DNA of 64,000 nt from an uncultured virus (IMG/VR IMGVR_UViG_3300031993_000026) (Duplodnaviria; Heunggongvirae; Uroviricota; Caudoviricetes), in IMG/VR virus record IMGVR_UViG_3300031993_000026, positions 1-64,000 of that record; one strand, given 5' to 3'. The notes below the pieces were generated by a model that was given only the letters and a program-made list of their open reading frames with translations, ran no database searches and was not told the origin of the DNA. Both the position numbers and the translations under genes were made by a program. Of this stretch, positions 9,536-17,505 are shown in pieces; position 1 is the first letter of the stretch, and each line of letters starts with the position of its first letter.

Positions 9536-9566
9536 AATAAATGATAATATAATAAATCGAATAATT

Positions 9567-10292
9567 ATGCAGTACATTAAAACTTTTGAAGAGTTCCTCA
9601 ACGAAAAGATGAACATCACAAACGGTGTTACCGTATTCGAGAAGGACTTTGGTGTTGACCCGAAGACCATCTTGGCTGAAATAAAGAACGGTGGTCGCGG
9701 TCGTGGTACTTCGGCTTGTTATTTGAGTGCAGTAAAGGTCAACAAGACCTATGTTGACGCTTCAGGCAACAAACTCCCGAACCCGATGGCTGAACCAGTT
9801 GCAATCGGTGGCACAGTTGCACCGAGATTGTACAAGATAACCTATTATCTTTTCAAGGCTGGTATCGACTATGCAAAGAACCGCGAAAAAGAGGCAGCGG
9901 CTCACGGAGATGTATATGTTGCAGGCGCAGACAAGGGCAAGACGAATGTTCCCGGACTTGAAGGCTTCCTCAAGTACAAGGACATCGACCCAAGCGTGCT
10001 TTATCTTGTAATCAACTACGGACAGGCAAGACCAGAAAGCGAATATTTCGTATATGATGACAGTCTGGGTGACTATCGTCCTTGCGACAAGTCTGAAATC
10101 GCTATGTATCTTCCGCCAAAGAAATCCTACACTTGGGCTGACGGCGCACAGAAGGACGGCTATGTAACGGCAGGTCTTGAAAAGATATTGTATATCAAGT
10201 CGAATAAGACTTATTACTACAACAAGCCATTGCTCAACAATGTTCCTCCTACGATAGCACAACTCGTAAAGAACAGCACGAACGCATACTAA
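9567..10292 (+). CDS. Hypothetical protein with capsid-targeting-like leader
   Basis: Starts MQYIKTFEEFLNE. Confidence 0.75.
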   Translation: MQYIKTFEEFLNEKMNITNGVTVFEKDFGVDPKTILAEIKNGGRGRGTSACYLSAVKVNKTYVDASGNKLPNPMAEPVAIGGTVAPRLYKITYYLFKAGIDYAKNREKEAAAHGDVYVAGADKGKTNVPGLEGFLKYKDIDPSVLYLVINYGQARPESEYFVYDDSLGDYRPCDKSEIAMYLPPKKSYTWADGAQKDGYVTAGLEKILYIKSNKTYYYNKPLLNNVPPTIAQLVKNSTNAY

Positions 10293-10312
10293 CATTTGTT
10301 TGATTTATGTGG

Positions 10313-10340
10313 AAAAGCGGGGCAAGCACCCCGCTTTTCC
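10313..10340 (+). terminator. Intrinsic terminator
   Basis: aaaagcgggg-caagca-ccccgctttt. Confidence 0.7.
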
Positions 10341-10377
10341 TTTATATATAAATAATCTATATATAGCATAATCCGAT

Positions 10378-10748
10378 ATGGTACGCGGCGGACATATTGC
10401 GCTTTCATTCTCGGAGTTTGTGTCCGAGATGAAGTCGGGCACGAAAGTCCCTCGTTGCATCTATGAGGGAAGGTCGTCAGACCTTATGCAACATCATTAC
10501 CCAGACGATGAGGTGAAGTCCGCAGTGTGGGACTATGTTCTCGGCTACACCACGAGCGTCAACAATGAACTCCGAAAGGGGAGGAAAGGCGTGGCGAAGC
10601 AGGTGTCCGACCTGCTCGACAGGGCGTTCACGAGGAAGATAAAACTCGATGTCTATCGGACGGTGGACTGGGCTTTTATGGAAAACATATTCGGGATAAC
10701 GAAGGACAACATAGGCGGTATGGCTGGGCGTGTCATTACAGACAAGGG
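10378..10748 (+). pseudogene. N-terminal part of an ADP-ribosyltransferase-like (VIP2/C3-type) gene interrupted by TnpB copy 2
   Basis: Y..VNNELR, LDRAF, VYR and ITDKG occur in the order typical of R-S-E ARTs; the ORF breaks at the element junction. Confidence 0.6.
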
Positions 10749-12084
10749 GTTGGCAACAGTTCAATGAAATCTTGATAAAAACTATGAATAGTTATTAAAT
10801 CAGGCAACATATAAATAATATGATGTTAAGGGCGTTGAAGATACGGCTATATCCTAACGGGGAACAAACCACAAGGTTCAATCGGGTCTTGGGGTGCTAC
10901 CGCTTCGTCTATAACCAGTGCCTTGAACGGAAGATGAATGCCTATAAGGATGAAGGTGCTTCATTGGGCTTGACCGACCTGTCCAAGTGGTTTCACGGAA
11001 CACTGCTCAAAGACGACAAGTATGCTTGGCTTCGTGAACAAAATACAAAGGTTATGAAGCAGTCCATAAGGCAGATGCTTACAGCCTATGCAAACTTCTT
11101 TAAACTCCACAGGGGCTTTCCGAAGTTCAAGAGCAAGCACGACACTGTTCTTTCTGCTTTATTCCCCATTGATGCCATATCGAAGCGCAATACATTCGAC
11201 GATAGAAAGATAACATTAACAGGAGATTTAAGCGATATTCGTTTCAGGTGCTCCAAGTTATACACCAATAGGCTTAAAATGTTCAAGGACGGCATACGAA
11301 GCGCAACCCTGTCGAGAACCAAGACTGGGAAATACTTCCTATCCGTCCTTATGGACATTCCAGACGATGAACTGGTGAAGTTCAAGCGGACTGGGAACAG
11401 CGTGGGCATAGACTTGGGTGTAAAGGACTTCGTGATTACATCCGATGGCGAAGTATTCGAGAACAAGCACTTCCTCAAGAGAACCGAGCATAGGATTAAG
11501 GTCTTGCAGAAGCAGTTGAGCAGGAAAGCCAAAGGCTCGAACAACAGGTTCAAGCAACGGATACGGCTTGCAACCGCTTACGAGCGGTTAGGCAACCAAA
11601 GGGAAGCCTACATACATTATGTAGTCGATTCACTGCTGAAGAATTACGACACGGTGTTTATGGAAGACCTTAATGTCAAGGGGATGCTGAAGAACCACAA
11701 GTTAGCGAAGGCTATCGCCGAGGTCGGCTTATACAGGTTCAGAACCGTATTGACCGACAAGGCTACGGTTAATCATAAGAGTGTAGTCTTTGTTAACCGT
11801 TTCTATCCGAGTTCAAAGACTTGTTCCGTATGCGGATATGTAAAGAAGGACTTGACATTGAATGATAGGGAATGGACTTGTCCTGAATGCGGAACACACC
11901 ACGACAGGGACTTGAACGCATCAATCAACATCCTGAACGAAGGTAAACGAATTGTAGGTGTCCGTAGCACCGAACTTACGCCTGTGGACTGCCCAACTAT
12001 GGATGACCGTTCAGCAATGAACCTAAAAAGTAGCGGCAGGATGAAGCAGGAAGGAGAAACTGATTTATTAGGTTTTTCCATACG
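10749..12084 (+). mobile_element. Non-autonomous TnpB-only element, copy 2
   Basis: Same left end and omega-RNA core as copy 1; right end catacg lacks the final G. Confidence 0.85.
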
Positions 12085-12094
12085 ATTGAGATAA
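10820..12094 (+). CDS. tnpB: RNA-guided endonuclease TnpB (424 aa)
   Basis: GIDLG / MEDL / DRDLNA RuvC motifs and CSVC...CPEC; closely related to copy 1. Confidence 0.95.
   Translation: MMLRALKIRLYPNGEQTTRFNRVLGCYRFVYNQCLERKMNAYKDEGASLGLTDLSKWFHGTLLKDDKYAWLREQNTKVMKQSIRQMLTAYANFFKLHRGFPKFKSKHDTVLSALFPIDAISKRNTFDDRKITLTGDLSDIRFRCSKLYTNRLKMFKDGIRSATLSRTKTGKYFLSVLMDIPDDELVKFKRTGNSVGIDLGVKDFVITSDGEVFENKHFLKRTEHRIKVLQKQLSRKAKGSNNRFKQRIRLATAYERLGNQREAYIHYVVDSLLKNYDTVFMEDLNVKGMLKNHKLAKAIAEVGLYRFRTVLTDKATVNHKSVVFVNRFYPSSKTCSVCGYVKKDLTLNDREWTCPECGTHHDRDLNASINILNEGKRIVGVRSTELTPVDCPTMDDRSAMNLKSSGRMKQEGETDLLGFSIRLR
11957..12084 (+). ncRNA. omega-RNA scaffold of TnpB copy 2
   Basis: ggtgt-ccgta-gcacc hairpin with compensatory changes relative to copy 1; conserved core. 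Confidence 0.7.
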
Positions 12095-12180
12095 TCGGCT
12101 TCAAGAAGTTGAGGGGGCGCAAGTACGGTGCTGGCGGGACTTTCTTCATTGAGGCGAAATATGCAGGTACTGGCAAATAA
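12085..12180 (+). pseudogene. Probable C-terminal remnant of the interrupted ART-like gene
   Basis: Open frame IEIIGFKKLRGRKYGAGGTFFIEAKYAGTGK* resembling terminal ART beta-strands. Confidence 0.45.
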
Positions 12181-12195
12181 TATAAATTCAACGAT

Positions 12196-12570
12196 ATGAT
12201 AAAGACTTATAGCGATTTCAAGAGGGGCAGGCAATCTCGGATGTGCCGACCAATCAACGAGGCTTGGGATATGGCGATAGAGAACGGCTACGAGCCGAAG
12301 ACCACATTCTGGGAGGACTTCAGCATAGCCGACCGTTTCGGTGTGAGCGCGGTGAAGGACACATACAACCGGGCGTTCAATGAATGGAAGTCCGACTACA
12401 TCTACCTTACCGAACTCGTGATGGTTCTCAACCACAAGATTTGGCAGCACTATAAATCAAACCCGCAACTTGCAAAGGTTTACAACGACCTGTGGGAAAA
12501 GACGGACGCTTGGGCGTGCGACAATCTCAATGGCAAGGAACTCCAGTATTTCTACTCCACGCTTGACTGA
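12196..12570 (+). CDS. Hypothetical protein (TTFWEDFSIAD family) with capsid-targeting-like leader
   Basis: MIKTYSDF...PINEA leader followed by a small helical domain. Confidence 0.8.
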   Translation: MIKTYSDFKRGRQSRMCRPINEAWDMAIENGYEPKTTFWEDFSIADRFGVSAVKDTYNRAFNEWKSDYIYLTELVMVLNHKIWQHYKSNPQLAKVYNDLWEKTDAWACDNLNGKELQYFYSTLD

Positions 12571-12625
12571 TGTTGAAAACTGCTTATTTATAAATAATAT
12601 ATAATATAAATTAGACATTTCGATT

Positions 12626-14608
12626 ATGAAAGGAATATCAAGTTTAAGGTCGAGTTACTCCGCACCAATTAACGAATCAATATTGAGCAACGGAGGGAGC
12701 AATTCGCAAGAGGTAAAGAGGATTGTCGATAGGATACTCAATTCAAAGCCGACATCTATTCCAGATATTGCTGTCGATGACGACCCGAAGACAAGGAGGT
12801 ATGCCGAACTGGTTGCCAGCCTGCTGAACAAGCGTTGCGGGTGGAGCACATACTATCCCGGAGCATTCGTCAACATCGAGGGGAAGAAGAGCATCCTGTT
12901 CCTTAACGACAAGTCGAGGGAAGCGGTAGGCTTTGCACCGACCAGCAGGGAAACAAACTCGACATTCTATTATTTCCCAGAGTACAGGTTTGACAATATG
13001 AAGCAGACGGGCAATGTGCTTGTCGTTGACAGTGGCGAGATGGGTATTGTGCAGGCTTTCTCCATCATCATTGACCGTATCCAGAACCCGAACCTGTATA
13101 GGACTCCTATCAAGGAGGCGGAGGATATGAGTTATGATGACGCGAGCAAGGCATATAACGCCAGTATTGCTTCGACCAAGTTTAAGCAGTTCGATACTTT
13201 TATGACAGGCGCGGACAAAGGTCACCAAGTGTCAAGAATGACACCTGCTGGGGTACACGCGCTTGCCGCTGAAATAAAAAATAACAACCTTGACCCGATA
13301 TTGGTGTTGAGAGAGATGCGCAATGGAACGGAAAACGGTATGAGATATAGGGAAATACTTAATCTCGGTGGTGATATGGATGCCAACGGTAGAGGCGCAA
13401 AGGTTCTTTCGGCAGAGAGTTATACTGTCGCGTTGAAGTATATATGCAAACTCATCAACGGAAATGTCTCCACGATGAATGCCGTTACTGTCGCCCCGTT
13501 GCCAAGCGCAGGCGCGACATCTGCACCAGCACCCGCACCAGCACCTGCATCCGCACCAACTACGCAGAAACCGGGCGACTGGACATACAACGGGATTGAT
13601 GTGAACTTCCTCAAGCGTATGGGTGTCAACTGGGACGATTTTATGACGGAGGCAAAGACATACCAATCGACACTTGACAGTATGGAAAGGTTGCTCCGTA
13701 ATTTCATAAAATATTCAAGGGCTAACAACAACGAAAAGTTGACAAATCCAGATTTCAGGGGTATGCCCACTGCACTGTTCATTTCTGGTATCGGCGGTAT
13801 CGGTAAGTCTAACAGTTGGAAGGCTGTAAAGAGAGACGCAAACCTTAAAGTCCGCAGGGGATTTGACTATGCGGAGATTGGTAGCGGTACGGTTTTGCCG
13901 CAGGAGGTATATAAGTTCATTTATGCGAACAACGGTAAGTTGCTTGTGTTCGATGATACACCAGACTTGTTCAACTCGTCTTATGCACCTGCGTTCTGGA
14001 AGGCTGTTCTGACTATGCCAGAGGAAGAATTTGCCAATGTCCAAGCACCGAAGACAACGAACGGCGCGTATTATTCGCTTGACGACTGCAAGATTGGAAG
14101 CATAGTTTCGGCGAAGTTGAGATACGAAAAGGAATGTCCGCCAGAAAGAGTGCCATATAAAGCGGGTATGTCTGCGGAGGAGAAGGCTAAACTCGAAGCG
14201 GAAAGTAAAGTTAGGTATATTCCGAATGAAATACCAGTCAGGAGCAAGTTCTTGTTTATCGTGAACGATGATGAAATGGCGTTGCAAAAGCAACTTGGTG
14301 AACACTGGGGGGCAATCAAGAGCCGTACAAGGTTTTATGCCATTGCTCCTCCTGCGTATGTATTATGGACTAAAATAAAACAGAACATAGTTAGTACCCG
14401 TAGCGACAGGATGAGGGCTTGGATACCCGACGAGTATGCGGATGAAGTTATTGCTTTTGTTGAAGACCTTATTGTCAAGGGCGAAGCGCAGCAACTTTCT
14501 TTCCGTGGATTTGGTGACGGGCAGATACGCTATGCCATAACGCAGGGCGATGACTGGGAGAATATAATCAAGCAGAACATTAAGGTTACAACATTGAAGA
14601 ACAGATAA
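12626..14608 (+). CDS. P-loop/AAA-type ATPase with N-terminal extension
   Basis: Walker A GIGGIGKS, Walker B LLVFDD, Pro/Ala linker; late promoter at 12589. Confidence 0.8.
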   Translation: MKGISSLRSSYSAPINESILSNGGSNSQEVKRIVDRILNSKPTSIPDIAVDDDPKTRRYAELVASLLNKRCGWSTYYPGAFVNIEGKKSILFLNDKSREAVGFAPTSRETNSTFYYFPEYRFDNMKQTGNVLVVDSGEMGIVQAFSIIIDRIQNPNLYRTPIKEAEDMSYDDASKAYNASIASTKFKQFDTFMTGADKGHQVSRMTPAGVHALAAEIKNNNLDPILVLREMRNGTENGMRYREILNLGGDMDANGRGAKVLSAESYTVALKYICKLINGNVSTMNAVTVAPLPSAGATSAPAPAPAPASAPTTQKPGDWTYNGIDVNFLKRMGVNWDDFMTEAKTYQSTLDSMERLLRNFIKYSRANNNEKLTNPDFRGMPTALFISGIGGIGKSNSWKAVKRDANLKVRRGFDYAEIGSGTVLPQEVYKFIYANNGKLLVFDDTPDLFNSSYAPAFWKAVLTMPEEEFANVQAPKTTNGAYYSLDDCKIGSIVSAKLRYEKECPPERVPYKAGMSAEEKAKLEAESKVRYIPNEIPVRSKFLFIVNDDEMALQKQLGEHWGAIKSRTRFYAIAPPAYVLWTKIKQNIVSTRSDRMRAWIPDEYADEVIAFVEDLIVKGEAQQLSFRGFGDGQIRYAITQGDDWENIIKQNIKVTTLKNR

Positions 14609-14633
14609 TTTATAATAAATAAAAAGGATTGAT

Positions 14634-17396
14634 ATGGTTAATCGAAATTATAACATAGGATTGATTTGCGACTTCACCGTCAACAATTTCTGGAGAAGGA
14701 TTGACAGAAGGAGGTTGAGCGTGAATGAAGCGAAGCAAATGTATGAGGATTTTCTGTACAATAACTTCAATTCCGTGAACGAGTCGGTCGAAAATTATTT
14801 CAGTGACAGGCAGATGCTTCTTGAAGGATTGAGGGACAGGTACGAGAAAAACCAGAACAGTTCTGGCTCGGCAATGGAGAACGGTATTGACGACGGTGAC
14901 ATTGAAGCGACCAAGAATGTCGCTTCGAGCGGTGTTGGTGCTGGAAACCACAGGATAGTAGTCCAGAATGTAGGCAAGACACCGAAGGATGCTGCTTCCC
15001 AGAGGGGTGTAAAGGACATAAGTTTCTATACCGATTGTTTTTATCAGGGGCTTATAAACGGAGATTATGAGGGCATCTTCACGAACGAGGACGAAATGCT
15101 CCCGCCTTCTCTGTACGATACTTCTACCGTATCGGACTTTACCGCTGTTATGGCGTTCAAGGATTTGCCGAATATTGACTTGAGCGGTTGGGATGTATCG
15201 AGCGGTAGGAGGTTTGACGGATGCTTCTACAAGTCATCGTTCAATAACGCAAGCATAAAGAACTGGTACTTCTCGAAGGTTATATCGGCGAAGAATATGT
15301 TTGTCGGGAGCGATATGGCTCACGATGAAGTCATTTCCGCTTGGGAGGCTGCGTATATTCGCGGAGACCTTCCTGTACTTCCGTCACTTGGTAAGATGTC
15401 CGCTGACGACTCGGAGGAAATTATGCAGGATACACGCAATGAACTTTCGGGTTTCAAGACACAGATTGATGCAATGAAGAGAATAAAAAAGAATAAAATG
15501 ATGTACGACGAAAACAAGACACATAGGGTTATGTCATCATCGGAATTTATCAATGAGAATTTCGGTGACAGTATGAGAAAGTTCGGTAGGAGCATTAAGA
15601 ATGCCGCGACCAACTTCTTTGTTAAATTAAGAAACGGCTTCACCTATTTCTTCGATAGGGCTGGCTTGTTCTTCAAGGCTAATATGCCGAGCAACACCGT
15701 CAATTTCATAAAGGACGGCAATGTAAGGGGCGTATATGCTGAACAGGGTAAGGCTATTTCATACGAAGGACACGGCAGTGGCTATTATGATGAAATTCGC
15801 AAAGGTAGCAGGGAATACGACAACTACCTCAAGTTCATTGAGATTATAGGCAGTCTCGGTGCAAAGAACGAGGCGATGGAAGTTGATGAAATCGGTATGC
15901 CTATAGACGAGGCGAAGGTTGGTCTGTATGCGAAGGAAAGGGACGCAAACGGAACGATTCACCAGAACATCGGCGCGATGGATATTACGACACAAGACCT
16001 TGAACGCACGATTAGGCGTAACATAAGGGAAGTTCAGAAGAATGGTCGTAGCAGGTCGAAGCCTATGATTATCTGGGGTGCTCCGGGTATCGGTAAGACT
16101 TCTATCCCGAAGGCACTTGTAAAAGCCACCAACGAAGAGATTGTAAAGTCAGGCAAGGGCGCAAATGAAAAGATGACGGTTATCGTTATCGACTGCTCCA
16201 CATTGATGGCTGGTGACTTGTCTATGCCTATGCCAGTCAGCAAGACGAAGGTCAGCGAGATTATGCAGTTGAACCCAGACCTTGCGGACAAGTTGAATGA
16301 AATAGGTATTACAGCCGATGATGTTGACCTCCTTTCACTTTCCAAGTCAAATGACGCACCAAAGACTTGGCTTCCCGTATATAAGCCTATTGGCGGTGGA
16401 AAGAACAAACTTCTCGATGCAATCGCCAACGGTGCAACAACCCCGATATATGACGAGAACGATGAGGTCATAGACTATGAATATTCTGGTGGTGGCGGTA
16501 TCCTTATGTTCGATGAGTTCCTCCGTGCGGACCCAGATACATTGTTCGGTATTGCGCAGTTGATGATGAACCGTGAGTTCCTCGCTGGTTATAGGCTTGG
16601 TAGCAAGTGGATTGTGATGGGTTGCTCGAACAGACCTACGGATGATACACAGATACAGACCGCTTGGCAGAATGTTTCGCCTGCATTGAAGCAGAGGCTT
16701 GGTGGTTTTAACTTCGTTCCTACATACGAGGACTGGGTTAAATGGGCAAAGGAAAAAGGTGGTTTCGATGACATCACGCTTGACTTTATCGGTGGCAAAG
16801 ACCCATACAGAGAGCAATCCCGCTGGCATAACATCGACCCCACGCAGAGTACAGGAAAGAACGAGCAGAGAACCGTATCGCCTCGTCAGTGGTCACAGGC
16901 AATCAGTGAACTTAACAGGTTGTGCGAGGATGACGGTGTTTCGGACTATCTGGAACTCGGCAGGGATTTTGAAATGACAGTAAAGGAGTTCTTGCCTGAC
17001 GATATTTCCAATGAATATATTGCATACTACAAGGCTTCTGGCGGTAGCAAGTTCAAATATTCTTGGACGAACATCATCAACGACCCGAATATGAAGGTCG
17101 AGAAGGGCACTACCGCAAAGATTGTCACCAACAGGCTTATCACTTATGTAAAGACACATTTCAGCGATACGCATATTCCACAGGCAAGCCAACTCGGAAC
17201 GATTATCGACTTCCTCGATAGGAACTTCCCGACATCTGGCAACCTCATCGCAGAGTTCATAGTCAAGACATACAAGTTCTGTGAACTCGACGGCAAGAAC
17301 TTCAACGACGACTACGAGGCTGTTTACAACAAGTACAACAACGCTCATCCGAACTTGAAGTTGGACGAATTGTTTGATACAATCGGTGAGATATAG
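14634..17396 (+). CDS. MoxR-like AAA+ ATPase with N-terminal DUF285/BspA-like repeat region
   Basis: WGAPGIGKT, ILMFDEFLRA, GCSNRP and SPRQW motifs; N-terminal DLSGWDVSS...F / IKNWYFSKV..MF repeats. Confidence 0.85.
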   Translation: MVNRNYNIGLICDFTVNNFWRRIDRRRLSVNEAKQMYEDFLYNNFNSVNESVENYFSDRQMLLEGLRDRYEKNQNSSGSAMENGIDDGDIEATKNVASSGVGAGNHRIVVQNVGKTPKDAASQRGVKDISFYTDCFYQGLINGDYEGIFTNEDEMLPPSLYDTSTVSDFTAVMAFKDLPNIDLSGWDVSSGRRFDGCFYKSSFNNASIKNWYFSKVISAKNMFVGSDMAHDEVISAWEAAYIRGDLPVLPSLGKMSADDSEEIMQDTRNELSGFKTQIDAMKRIKKNKMMYDENKTHRVMSSSEFINENFGDSMRKFGRSIKNAATNFFVKLRNGFTYFFDRAGLFFKANMPSNTVNFIKDGNVRGVYAEQGKAISYEGHGSGYYDEIRKGSREYDNYLKFIEIIGSLGAKNEAMEVDEIGMPIDEAKVGLYAKERDANGTIHQNIGAMDITTQDLERTIRRNIREVQKNGRSRSKPMIIWGAPGIGKTSIPKALVKATNEEIVKSGKGANEKMTVIVIDCSTLMAGDLSMPMPVSKTKVSEIMQLNPDLADKLNEIGITADDVDLLSLSKSNDAPKTWLPVYKPIGGGKNKLLDAIANGATTPIYDENDEVIDYEYSGGGGILMFDEFLRADPDTLFGIAQLMMNREFLAGYRLGSKWIVMGCSNRPTDDTQIQTAWQNVSPALKQRLGGFNFVPTYEDWVKWAKEKGGFDDITLDFIGGKDPYREQSRWHNIDPTQSTGKNEQRTVSPRQWSQAISELNRLCEDDGVSDYLELGRDFEMTVKEFLPDDISNEYIAYYKASGGSKFKYSWTNIINDPNMKVEKGTTAKIVTNRLITYVKTHFSDTHIPQASQLGTIIDFLDRNFPTSGNLIAEFIVKTYKFCELDGKNFNDDYEAVYNKYNNAHPNLKLDELFDTIGEI

Positions 17397-17411
17397 GATT
17401 TTAACAAATTG

Positions 17412-17440
17412 AGGTGCGGCAACGCCCGCACCTTTTTTTT
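17412..17440 (+). terminator. Intrinsic terminator
   Basis: aggtgcgg-caacgc-ccgcacct followed by a T-tract. Confidence 0.75.
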
Positions 17441-17505
17441 ACAAAAAAATCTGAAAAAATAATATATTTACTATATATAGTATAAGAACATTAAAGGCTA
17501 ATTTT

